DNA of 37,498 nucleotides, from positions 1 to 37,498 of the forward strand of contig JWZX01003294.1 of the NCBI GenBank assembly GCA_001275005.1. Reading direction: 5' to 3'. This document shows positions 10,660 through 20,269 of this stretch, one piece after another (the first letter of the stretch is position 1; each line of letters opens with the position of its first letter). Source of the stretch: Chrysochromulina tobinii (taxonomy: Eukaryota). Both the position numbers and the translations under genes were made by a program. Under the pieces are notes generated by a model, which saw nothing but the letters and a program-made list of their open reading frames with translations, made no database searches and had not been told where the DNA came from.

Positions 10660-13600
10660 TCAAAGGCACCGCGCCGGTGTCCTCACACGATCCGCGGCTT
10701 GGCTCTGGGGCCGTTCTTGGGTGTTGTCTTGGGTGTGGCCTTGGGTGTGGCTTGGGTGCGATTGGCCTTGCTCGCCTGTGTAGGCCTTGCTCGCCTGTGT
10801 AGGAAGGTCCCACACACCAACCCAACGTAACACACCAATGTAGTTGGCTTTGCTCGCCTGTGTAGTTGGCCTTGTTGCGTCGGGCATCGACGTTTTCGCG
10901 GCTCGCGGCTCGGGATGGCCGGCCTGACCTGTACGTTCCAACTCGGCATTGCAGTACATGCATCTATACACACAGCAGCAGAGGCAAAGGGGGATGAGGC
11001 CCAGAAGGCCAAGAAGTCCGAGGAGCTGCGGTCCCTTGACGCTCAGTCTGTCGTTGGTGGCGGGCGGTGGCGGCGGCGCATCAGGCGGCGCGGGTGGCGG
11101 CGACGGGCTCATGGTCACGACTTGGGTGACGACGGCGACGACGGGGGCGGAGGTGATCGCCAGTCCGGTGAAGCTTGAGGCGGCAGCGGGGGACGTGAGG
11201 GTGGTGGTTATGGAGCTTTGGGTTACGGCCGCCGCGCTCGCATCAGGCACGGTGATGGCGACGGTGATGAGCACGGACGCGCTCGTGACCTCGACCGCAA
11301 CGGCGGTGGGGTCGACACGGGCGAGCGTCGCGAAGCGGCCGGCAATGTCGGCGCGTTGGGAGGGGCCGAAATCTTGCACGTTGCCAGAGGCGGTCATGGC
11401 GATCCTCACCTGCTGCACGAGGGCGCCCGCGACGCCGTGCTTGATGACGCGCACCATTGAGAGGACTAGAGGCTGCGGATTGCCCGACACGTCGTACGCT
11501 CGCACTTCGAAGTCGAAGGTGCTCGAAGAGCCCAACGGCCGTACCGGTAGCAGTTCGGCCACAAATGTGACCGTCTTGAGCTGACCGTCGCCCACCGTGC
11601 GGATCGGGAAGCCGACGAGCGTGGGCGCGCTACCCGCGGCGGCGGTGTGTGCCTGGGTGAGGCGTACTGAGCCGGCGAAGACGTCGAAGAGGCTCACCTT
11701 GATTACGGCGCCGAGCAGCGGGCGCTGGGGGGCGAGGGCAAAGGTGCGGCTGAGAGTGAAGCCGATCACCCCCCGCGGCGCCGTACGCGCGATCCAATCG
11801 TAGAGAGCGCCGCCGTCGCCGTCGGTGCCCCAAAATGGCGTCGAGAAACCGGAGGGGGTCTGCGTGATCCTTGCGTCTCGGAAGGTGACGACGCCACCGA
11901 GCGTCGAGGGCGGCTCGTCGCGCTGGTACAACCATCGCTCCATATGGGCCACCTCGGCGGGCCTCGCGAGGTGAGGCACCCATTCAAATTGCGCCGAGGC
12001 CAGGAAGCACCACGCGTCCGGGGAGGTCGCGGCGGTGCGCCCGAGCTCGAGCGCCACATAGGCGAACAGTGCGGGGTTGACGATGGTGGAGGAAGCGAGC
12101 AAGTACGAGACGCGCATCTGGAGCAAGCGCATCGAGCTCATCAGGTACCGGTAAGGGAACGAGGCGATCAAGCCCCAGCGCGCAGTGCCGTTGAGCATCG
12201 GCGCCGTAGCGTTCCAACGGCCGCCGCGCTCCCCAGGGGAGAAGGTCAAGTACTCGCTGGCCCAATTCCCTTCGTACTCTTCGTTCTCGTCGCCCAGCAG
12301 CCCGCCGCTCGAGAGGATCGGTGCCGACTCGTTGACGAAGACGTACTCGCGCGCCCAAAAGCTCTCGAAGCCCTGCCCGCTCGGCATGTGCGGGATTTGG
12401 TACCAGTAGTGCTCGACGAAGCCGTTGCGCGAGCCAAAGCCGAGGGAGAGTCCGTAGTTCGACTCGCCACCCATGAGCACCTTGGACGGAACGCCCGCGC
12501 ACACGCTCGCCCACGCATCGAGGCGCTCGCGCACGTGCGGAAAGAGGGCCGCGGGGTCATAGTTTGGGTCGTACGCAGTCCCAGAGGTCGCATTCGGGTG
12601 TTTCGGCCCGATGTACTCGTCGCCGTACGACGCGGACGCGTAGCCAGCGTACATCATGACGACGGTCTCGTTTTGGCAGAGGCGGCTGGCACCGAGCGCG
12701 GCGAGGAAGGCGAGGTAGCGTGCGTGGAACTGTGGGTCGATGGGGTCGTACGAGCCGCCCGCCTCCGCGTTGGCCGCGTCGGTATAGCGTGTGCTGATAT
12801 TCCGGCCGGCCAAGTACGTTGGCGCCGACCCGATGTGTGAGGTCAGGATGCGCAGACACACCTTCCAGCCGCGCCGTGCGGCCTCGGCGACGTTGGCATG
12901 GAGCGGTGCGAAGTTGTACGTCCCCTCGGTCGGCTCGAGCTGCAGCCACGTCGCCCAGATAGAGTAGACGGGCGTCGACCTGAAGAGCATCCGAGACGCT
13001 TCTGGCAGCACCATGGCTGACGGGCCGCCAAAGGGCAGGGCCGTGTCGGGGTAAGAGTTGTGAAAGAGCCTGGGCGGCGTCGGCACGTAGTTAAAGGAGC
13101 GCTGCATCGCCAGGAGCCCTGTCGGCGAGGGCATCGTGTTGGGCGGCAGGCCCCAGTCATACCCAAGCACGGTGGTATTAGGCTCGTCGCGCCATGGGTC
13201 TGGCTCCACGTGCGCATACGTCTTTCCCGCCTCGGCAGGCGTGCACCCGTTGAAGTAAGCCGCCTCCCCCGCCTCCCTTCCGAAACACGAAAAGTTGCCA
13301 AACCAGGCCACCGGCCACACATCCTCTCCCGGGTCGACCAATAGGGATTGAGGCGGCCAGAGCGGCGGTGAGAGCGGAGGCGAGGGCGGCGGAGGCGGTG
13401 GCGCGGGCACCTGCTTCGCCCACGTCACACCGCCGAGCCAGCGGGCGCCGGTGCCCACCCACATGGTCTGTTTCGGGCAGTTGCCGGTCGGTTTGCTGTA
13501 CGCATACGAATACGAGAAGAGGTGGCAGATGCCGTTCCAGTACCCAAAGAAGGCGTAGGAACACGTGGCCGACGTGCGGCATGCCTCACGGCACAGCCAC

Positions 13601-14553
13601 GGGTTCGCGTTACTCCTTTCTCCCCGAAGGACCAGCGGGTTCGATCCGTTGGTCGTCTGCGCGCCGCCGGGAAGAAAGTAGACGGTGACGTGCGTGCCCG
13701 CTCCCGTGTGCGAGCCTGGCCAGTCGCATGTGCAGATGTTGTTGCCACTGGAGCCGCAGCTCGCACCGCCGCTGTGCGCCGGGAAGCTGTCAACAGTGCT
13801 CGCGACCACGCCACTCACAGTGCAGCCCGAAGCGCAGCCTGTGGAGTCGGTCAGCACGCTCATCGTGAGCGCTTGCGGGGGCAACGGCGGCGGTGGCGAG
13901 GGAGGCGGCGGCGAGGGAGGCGGCATGAGCACGCCCTTGACGAAAGTGACGCCCCCCTGCATCCCGCCCGATGTACTGGAGCCCACCCAATGGCTCGTGC
14001 GCGGGCACGAGCCGCCGCCCGCTAGGTACGAAGCATCCCATGAGAAAATGTGACAGAAGCCTGCCCAGAAGCCGAAGAATGCAAAGTTGCAGCCACCCAC
14101 GCCGGAGCTGCTTGCGTTGCGGCATGCCTCGCGGCAGCGCGTCGCATCGGCCGTATTCTTCAGGAGCCGGTTGGCCACGTCGGCGTCAGTGCACGCGCTG
14201 TAGCCCCACGATGCCGCGCCCGAACTGTTGGAGCATGCGCCTGTTGCGGTAAAGTACACAGTGATCTGGACGCCCCCTGCCTGATTCGGGTTGGAGGCGC
14301 TCGGGTACCGTGGCGCGCCGTTCACCCACGTGCCGGGCCAATCGCACGAGCAAATGTTGTTGCCGCTGCTGCAGGTGGAGCCGCCCGCATACGAGTTGAC
14401 CGATGGCGGGTAGGAGGCGGCAGCCACCTGTGTGCCGACGACGGTAGTCGCCGCCCCACATCCGCTTGGACAGCCTGCATCAGAGGTGAGGACGCCGATG
14501 GTCGCCTCCTGAGCCGTGACCAGCTGGAAAAGTGCCGCGAACAAGAACTTCAT
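10660..14553 (-). CDS. Large type I membrane/cell-surface protein: signal peptide, two Cys-rich PAN/apple-like modules, poly-Pro linkers, glycoside-hydrolase-like TIM barrel, SEA-like module, TM helix
   Basis: Start MKFLFAALFQLVTAQ. The module CREACR..C.[FY]AFFG[FY]W.G.CH[IL]FS occurs twice. WLQLEPTEGTYNF resembles clan GH-A/GH42-like barrels. LLGLLGLLGLIPLCLCCCVY is a TM helix with a Cys cluster. The 3' end is uncertain because it is repetitive. Confidence 0.75.
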   Translation of the reverse strand: MKFLFAALFQLVTAQEATIGVLTSDAGCPSGCGAATTVVGTQVAAASYPPSVNSYAGGSTCSSGNNICSCDWPGTWVNGAPRYPSASNPNQAGGVQITVYFTATGACSNSSGAASWGYSACTDADVANRLLKNTADATRCREACRNASSSGVGGCNFAFFGFWAGFCHIFSWDASYLAGGGSCPRTSHWVGSSTSGGMQGGVTFVKGVLMPPPSPPPPSPPPPLPPQALTMSVLTDSTGCASGCTVSGVVASTVDSFPAHSGGASCGSSGNNICTCDWPGSHTGAGTHVTVYFLPGGAQTTNGSNPLVLRGERSNANPWLCREACRTSATCSYAFFGYWNGICHLFSYSYAYSKPTGNCPKQTMWVGTGARWLGGVTWAKQVPAPPPPPPSPPLSPPLWPPQSLLVDPGEDVWPVAWFGNFSCFGREAGEAAYFNGCTPAEAGKTYAHVEPDPWRDEPNTTVLGYDWGLPPNTMPSPTGLLAMQRSFNYVPTPPRLFHNSYPDTALPFGGPSAMVLPEASRMLFRSTPVYSIWATWLQLEPTEGTYNFAPLHANVAEAARRGWKVCLRILTSHIGSAPTYLAGRNISTRYTDAANAEAGGSYDPIDPQFHARYLAFLAALGASRLCQNETVVMMYAGYASASYGDEYIGPKHPNATSGTAYDPNYDPAALFPHVRERLDAWASVCAGVPSKVLMGGESNYGLSLGFGSRNGFVEHYWYQIPHMPSGQGFESFWAREYVFVNESAPILSSGGLLGDENEEYEGNWASEYLTFSPGERGGRWNATAPMLNGTARWGLIASFPYRYLMSSMRLLQMRVSYLLASSTIVNPALFAYVALELGRTAATSPDAWCFLASAQFEWVPHLARPAEVAHMERWLYQRDEPPSTLGGVVTFRDARITQTPSGFSTPFWGTDGDGGALYDWIARTAPRGVIGFTLSRTFALAPQRPLLGAVIKVSLFDVFAGSVRLTQAHTAAAGSAPTLVGFPIRTVGDGQLKTVTFVAELLPVRPLGSSSTFDFEVRAYDVSGNPQPLVLSMVRVIKHGVAGALVQQVRIAMTASGNVQDFGPSQRADIAGRFATLARVDPTAVAVEVTSASVLITVAITVPDASAAAVTQSSITTTLTSPAAASSFTGLAITSAPVVAVVTQVVTMSPSPPPAPPDAPPPPPATNDRLSVKGPQLLGLLGLLGLIPLCLCCCVYRCMYCNAELERTGQAGHPEPRAAKTSMPDATRPTTQASKANYIGVLRWVGVWDLPTQASKAYTGEQGQSHPSHTQGHTQDNTQERPQSQAADRVRTPARCL

Positions 14554-14837
14554 GTGGGAGAGCAAGCGAGACTGTGGGCAAGATCCCATTTCGGCAACAC
14601 CTCGAGGTGGTGAGCTTCTCGACGCTTACGATGGGGGATCGGATCGGCGAAGGCGCGGCTTCGCGACCGTCTGGCTCGCGACCCCATTTCGGCAAGCCCT
14701 AGGAATCCTTGAGCACGAGAACTTTTTGGGAAAGATTCACGGAACGCAACGCTGGATCACACAATGTGCTTTCGGTGATGCACCAACCCCCCCGAAATCA
14801 TGAGCGTCGCGGAAGTTCGACCTCGGTGGCGTGATCA

Positions 14838-15791
14838 ATGCCTATCAGAGGTCTGCCTCTACTCCTGCTGCTTGCATCGCCATGCGCCGCGCTAGACGCA
14901 CCACCGCCAGTGAGCGGTAGGCCCAGCGGCGCCGGCACGCCGGACGCGCCGCCGCCGCTGCCGAGGCGGCCGAATCCGCTGCTCGAGGGCGTTCGCCGTG
15001 CCGTGATGCCGCCACTCAAGCTCTTCAGCGAGGCGCCACCGATCACGCGGTCATGGGTGTCGCTGAGCGTGCTTATGGCCGTGCTCTCGTCGTCCAAGGT
15101 CCTTGACCTGCGCAGCGTGTGCTTCAGCGAGCGTGCCGTCATGCAACATGGCGAATGGTGGCGGCTGCTGGTCAACTTCTTCTACATGGGCGACGCGGTG
15201 AAGTCGGTCTTCTTCTGGTTCCAGCTGCACCACTTCTGGGAGTGCCTGAAGGTGCTCGAGCTCGTCAAGTACCGCTGGGAGCCCGGCGACTTCATCAAGA
15301 TGATCGTGTGCAACGCCTGCTTTCTGCTGCTTCTCAAGCAGTTCTTCCCTGCGATGATCTTTCTAGGCTCCCCGATGGTGATGGCGTTTGTGTACATGTA
15401 CTCGCGCGAGTACGAGGTGCAGGTGATGAACCTGCTCGGCTTCTTCCAGATCCGGTGCGGCTGGCTGCCCTTTGCGCAGATGCTGCAGGACCTGCTGCAG
15501 GCAGGTGACATTGGCCCCAATCTGCTTGGACTCGTCTCCGGACACACGTACTTCTACCTGATGGAGGTGCGCTCGCGTCTGCTGCTGCCCGAGCGCGTCA
15601 CGCTCGACGATGTGCTCAACCTCGTGCTCCGCGGCAAGCATCTCGGCGCGGCCGACGAGGCACTCGAGACGCCAGCTGCCAAGAAGGACGAGGCGGTGGT
15701 GGAGGATGGGTCGTCGGCGGCGGAGCCCGCGGACGACGGCGAGGCGCCGGAGGCCGCGGAGGCCGGGCAAGCGGCATCCCCAGACAAATGA
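14838..15791 (+). CDS. Derlin (Der1 family) with N-terminal signal peptide; candidate symbiont-type SELMA Derlin
   Basis: PPITR, the WR motif (EWWRLLVNFFY), FVYMYSR and GLVSGHTYFYL (GxxxGH), with leader MPIRGLPLLLLLASPCAA. Confidence 0.88.
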   Translation: MPIRGLPLLLLLASPCAALDAPPPVSGRPSGAGTPDAPPPLPRRPNPLLEGVRRAVMPPLKLFSEAPPITRSWVSLSVLMAVLSSSKVLDLRSVCFSERAVMQHGEWWRLLVNFFYMGDAVKSVFFWFQLHHFWECLKVLELVKYRWEPGDFIKMIVCNACFLLLLKQFFPAMIFLGSPMVMAFVYMYSREYEVQVMNLLGFFQIRCGWLPFAQMLQDLLQAGDIGPNLLGLVSGHTYFYLMEVRSRLLLPERVTLDDVLNLVLRGKHLGAADEALETPAAKKDEAVVEDGSSAAEPADDGEAPEAAEAGQAASPDK

Positions 15792-16213
15792 GGGTAGGAA
15801 TGTGTGTAAGAGAGTCAGAGCCACGAAGAAAAAAAGAGATCTCTCGTTACGTCTGTCGTCTCTAAGGAAGGTACCCCTTGCCGTGCCCCAGGCCCCAGCG
15901 TCTGCTGCGCACATCTCTCCGCTCTGACTATCTGCGCACCAGTGACTCTCTGTGTTCTGGTCGCGTTCACGTTCTCTCGAAAGCGCGACGTCGGATCTCA
16001 TGCTTCTTAACATGGCAATCTCCACCGCGCCTCGACGCGACTCTGCAGAACTGCACTATCGTCGAACGGAAATCACACCGACGAACTCCGAGGGTACCGG
16101 TAACAAGTGTGCCCCGTGTGTCCGTCTGTGTCCCGGCTCCCAGTTGTTTTCATGCCGGAAACAAGTAACAGCCCATTCACGCGAAAGCCCGCGAGTTTGG
16201 AGCGAGTGGAAGG

Positions 16214-17785
16214 ATGACCACGATGCGCGAGCGCGTCGGCTGGGTGGTCGACAGATGCCCCGGATTCGGGGCATCTGTCGACCACAAGTCGAACGTTCGC
16301 GTGTGCTCGTGCTACTTGCCTGCGTCCTCGCAAATTACACCGCGCCCTGCACCGTGGCGCCATGACCAAGACGCGCTTCTGGCCTCATCAATCTGGTCGC
16401 GGCAGCTTGGATGTGAAGCATCTCGATGGTACCGCGTGCCTTGGACCATGCGCGGGTTGGGAACCACGATTATCGCACATTTGAACTCGCTGCTCCCAGT
16501 GTGGATAGTACCCAAGGATGCAGATGGGCGCGGCCCGGCCGTAATGCCCGCCGTTTGGACAGAAGAATCGAGCGATAGGTTGTTGTGGGCAGCCGCTGAC
16601 ACTTCGCTTGAATGCCGCACCTGGTACGGATGCTACTGGCAGCATCTGCACACCGTGTGTGCAAATTCGAATTCGAGTGCGAACTCGACTAGAGCGTACG
16701 CCCTGTGGACCAATCTGAAACTTCCGGTGCGTTTGGTGCACAACGACTCCCGCACCACCACAATCAACGAGAGAGTTCAGTACTGGCGCGAGCGATATCG
16801 GAGCACCTTTGAGGATCGATGGGGCAGCCTAGTACTCGGAGCTGCGCTCCTCGACGTGTGGTGGCGTCCGTCGGAGGCTCTACGCTCATTGGTCGATGCG
16901 CGGCTGAAAGAGATCTTTCGTGGCGGCGCTGCTGAGTGGTCGTGTGTCGCAGTGCACGTGCGCCGCGGCGACGCGTGCATTACGCCATGGAGACGCTGCC
17001 CGCCCCTCGAGGAATATCTGGTACCCGCGCGCCATCTCGCGCGACGGTACGGCCTACGGCGACTGTTCATCGCCACCGACGAGCAGTCCGTTGTGGACGA
17101 ACTCGTCGCCACCGGTAAGGGGACTTTCCCCCTTTCCACCGGTAAGGGGACTCCCCCCTTTTCCACCGGTCAGGCTCGCGGGCATCGTGCCGGAGCCATG
17201 GCGCCAGAGCCATGGGTCGAAGTGCTCCACCAGCGCATAGATCGCTCATGGCTGGCAGTGGAGAGGAATAACAGCAACGTGAGCAGGTTCGACCAATATG
17301 ACTGGGTGGAGCACAAGCTGCAGCGGCGCCAACAGGACCAGCAGCAAGGAGCGCCGTCCCGGGCAAACTTCACTCCAATTGTCGACGTGATCACGGACAT
17401 CGAGGCGGCTAGCCGCTGCACGGCCCTTGTAGGGGACCTGACCGCCGGCATCACTGAGCTCATCATGCTGCGCATGGTGGCACGTCTCGGTCAAGCGCCA
17501 CCTCTCTACTCTCTCGGGGGCAAGGGATTTTGCCCGCTGGGCGGAACGCCGTTTCGTTGTGCACCGCCGGATCATTTGATCTCTCCAAGCGAGGTCAGAG
17601 CGCGCGAGGGGGGGAAGAGCGCGCTCGCAGCCCAGACCGAGGCGAGTAGGTGGCAAGCATGCCGGGACAGTGGTACTTGCCAACGCTTGCCTCGAGGAAC
17701 TGAAGCAGTGGAAGATCATCACGCAGATGAGGTCAAGCAGTGGCAAGCAGCGTGTGAGGCAAGCGGTGCTCGTGAGGTGGGATGA
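16214..17785 (+). CDS. Fucosyltransferase-like glycosyltransferase (GT23/FUT8-NodZ-like); 5' end uncertain, possible intron 17115-17207
   Basis: GDP-fucose-binding motif I AVHVRRGDAC, motif II LFIATDEQSVV and motif III DIEAASRCTALVG. Confidence 0.78.
   Translation: MTTMRERVGWVVDRCPGFGASVDHKSNVRVCSCYLPASSQITPRPAPWRHDQDALLASSIWSRQLGCEASRWYRVPWTMRGLGTTIIAHLNSLLPVWIVPKDADGRGPAVMPAVWTEESSDRLLWAAADTSLECRTWYGCYWQHLHTVCANSNSSANSTRAYALWTNLKLPVRLVHNDSRTTTINERVQYWRERYRSTFEDRWGSLVLGAALLDVWWRPSEALRSLVDARLKEIFRGGAAEWSCVAVHVRRGDACITPWRRCPPLEEYLVPARHLARRYGLRRLFIATDEQSVVDELVATGKGTFPLSTGKGTPPFSTGQARGHRAGAMAPEPWVEVLHQRIDRSWLAVERNNSNVSRFDQYDWVEHKLQRRQQDQQQGAPSRANFTPIVDVITDIEAASRCTALVGDLTAGITELIMLRMVARLGQAPPLYSLGGKGFCPLGGTPFRCAPPDHLISPSEVRAREGGKSALAAQTEASRWQACRDSGTCQRLPRGTEAVEDHHADEVKQWQAACEASGAREVG
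16244..16285. repeat. Perfect 19-bp inverted repeat with 4-nt loop
   Basis: gtggtcgacagatgccccg-gatt-cggggcatctgtcgaccac. Confidence 0.95.
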
Positions 17786-18269
17786 TCTGGACTTTTCCCT
17801 TAACTTTTCCCATTTAATGAACGTGCTTCCAACCAAACCTAACCAGCGAGCCGCTTCGCATTCACACGCACACACGACACGTTGTCGTGTGTGTGTGTGT
17901 GTGTCTCCTCCCCGTCGAGTATTAACAGCCAATTCACACACTGGCGGCCGAGTATCAACAGTCAAATTTCGTGACGCGGGCTTTCGATGACGACGACCTC
18001 AATGCACACAAATTCCACACTCCTTCCACACATCAGCATCACACTCCGGGACCGTCCGACGTCGACTTCCTCAACGAACTCCATATCTACTCTCCTGGAG
18101 GCCGATGCCCCTCCTCAACGCTTAATCCTGTACGCCATACTTACATTCCGAGAAGGTGGCCGAATTTTCACAGTAGACGAGTACCATTTCACACTCTTCT
18201 CCCTCGAAGACGGACGATGTGCTCGAGCGAAGTGACACGGGCGCGCTCGACACGGGCGACTCGCAGACT

Positions 18270-19899
18270 ATGTCACCTGACGAGGGATCCGCTTCCGCCG
18301 AGGGCTCCATTCCCGCTACCGCGGGTGCGTGGGTATACACATGCAATGTGGGCGTCGAGGCGGAGGCGGCCGGGCGCGCTGTCCCCAAATCATTCCAGGC
18401 GCTCCGTCGCGACCTTGCGGTGTTGCCGTGGCTCCTTGCGACCGAGGCCGACCTCGTGATCGCGCCGCCGCCACTCCCAGACTTCATCGCTGCCCTGCAG
18501 GCCGCTGGGGTGAGCGGCATGTGCCAGTTTTGTGCGAGCTTGGAGGAGCTGCCGTCCTCTGTGCCGATCACAGGCCACCGTCCGTACGGCGTCGTGGGCC
18601 CTCACCTGCGCCGCTCGCTCGTCGGGCGCTATCGTGAGCACGGCGTCGTATGCCACTCGGTGGAGGCAGTGCGTGCAGCCGTGGCGGAGCAGCCCGACGA
18701 GCGCGCGGTACTCAAGGCCGAGTTTTCCTCCTCTGGTCTGGGCGTGCGCGTGTGCGAAGGCGCCCAGGACGGCGCGACCCCGATTGCAGCGGAGGGCTCT
18801 GAGCTGGCGCGCTGGGCGGCGAACTGCATCGCCCGCGACGGCGCGTTGCTCGTCGAGCCGTGGCTAGACATAGTCGCCGAGTTCACAGCGGAGTATTGGG
18901 AAGGGTCCTGGTGCGGTGCGCCTTTCCCAACATGACATGACTTGACTTGACTTGACTTGACTGGTGCGGTGCGCCTTTCCCAACATGACGCTGGCTGATG
19001 AGCCGTTACAATGAGCATCGGCGTTAATGGGGACACTGAGGGCCTCTGATGGCCTCTGATGGCCTCTGTTGGCCTCTGAGGGCCTCTGATGACCTCTCTT
19101 CGCGTCCGATCGCCCGCGTCATGTTGGGCGTCTGCTCTCCTCAGGTGCGGCATCTCGATGCCCATCGTCGAGCACCGCCGATGGATGGGCCAATGGCTAG
19201 GCTCACCCGCAGAGCGATACTCGTCGGAGGTGGTCCGTTTCGTCTTTGAGGAGCGACGAATCGAAGCAGCACTCGCGCCCCTCGACGTGCCAGGCACGTG
19301 CGGGCCACTGATGGCCTCTGATGGCCACGGATTGCCAGGCACATGCGGGCTCGAGACGAACCACAGCGATGACCTGCCGCATGTCATCGAGGCACATGCG
19401 GGCTCGTCACCTCGACTCGTGGTTCGTCACATCAACAAGTTTCGTCACACCGACTCGTGGTTCGTCACAGGTACGTGCGGGGTGCCCACATGCGGGCTCG
19501 ACGTCGCTGTGGTTCGAGATCACACGACTGGCGCGCTGCAGGTCAAGATCCTCGAGCTCTTGATTGCCCTTGATTGCCCTTGATTGCCCTTGATTGCCCT
19601 TAATTGCCCTTGATCTTGGCGCGCTGCAGGTCAAGATCCTCGAGCTCAATGCGCGCATGCAAGTGCTCACCACGGCGCGTCATCCCCTTTCCCCACAGGT
19701 CAAGATCCTCGAGCTCAATGCGCGCACGACGTTCTCGCACTACGCGCTGGCCGCCCAGCGCCGCGTGCCGCGCGCGGTGCGCTTTGAGGTGTTGCGTGTC
19801 TCCGAGGCGGCCGAACGCCCCAACCTCGTGTACTTGACCGACCCCCAGGTGGCGAGCATGTTCGTGGCGGTCGTTGAGGTGGCCGCCGCGAGGGTGTGA
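18270..19899 (+). CDS. ATP-grasp-fold protein; exons ~18270-18910, 19145-19293, 19471-19541, 19699-19899
   Basis: AVLKAEFSSSGLG, LLVEPWLD, GLDVAVVR and KILELNARTT (the E-x-N-x-R ATP-grasp signature). Removing introns 18911-19144 (GT), 19294-19470 (GC) and 19542-19698 (GT) gives one continuous frame. The start is uncertain. Confidence 0.75.
19542..19698 (+). other. Stacked introns 19542-19629 and 19630-19698, each starting with a copy of the downstream exon
   Basis: caggtcaagatcctcgagctc occurs three times. The first unit holds a (ttgattgccc)n array and the second holds the shared 3' module. Confidence 0.85.
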
Positions 19900-20269
19900 G
19901 ACCGAGGCGATGCAGGAGAGCCGTAGCCGTCACGGTACCGGTAGTGGGGTGGCGCAGCACTGTTAGCGCCAAGAGCTCCCGAGGCGCGAGGCCGTCTTCG
20001 AGACGGTGGAGTACGTGAGCGCGGGACCGTCTCGATCCTCATGGATCCTCTCGAACTTTGACTGGACAATAGGAGGAAGACTGGAGGCGCGTGCCAGTTC
20101 CGGTAGGATGAGAGGCTCGTACAATCACTCGTCGTACAGGGCAGCGAGCACCAGGGACCACCCTGAAGCGAGGGAGCGGGAGGAGCGCGACGAAACTGGA
20201 CGAGGCGTCGACGTTACACCGCGAACTTGAACAGATGTCGCGCCCCTGCTCGCAGTCCAGGAAGGGAAC

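Noticed and set aside
10715..10880. 12-bp (cttgggtgtggc) and ~20-bp (ttgctcgcctgtgtag) repeats
   Set aside because: Simple local tandem repeats in the tail of the surface-protein gene, with no clear splice or mobile-element signature.
17868..17904. CA/GT dinucleotide runs forming a loose inverted repeat
   Set aside because: A common microsatellite in a 3' flank.
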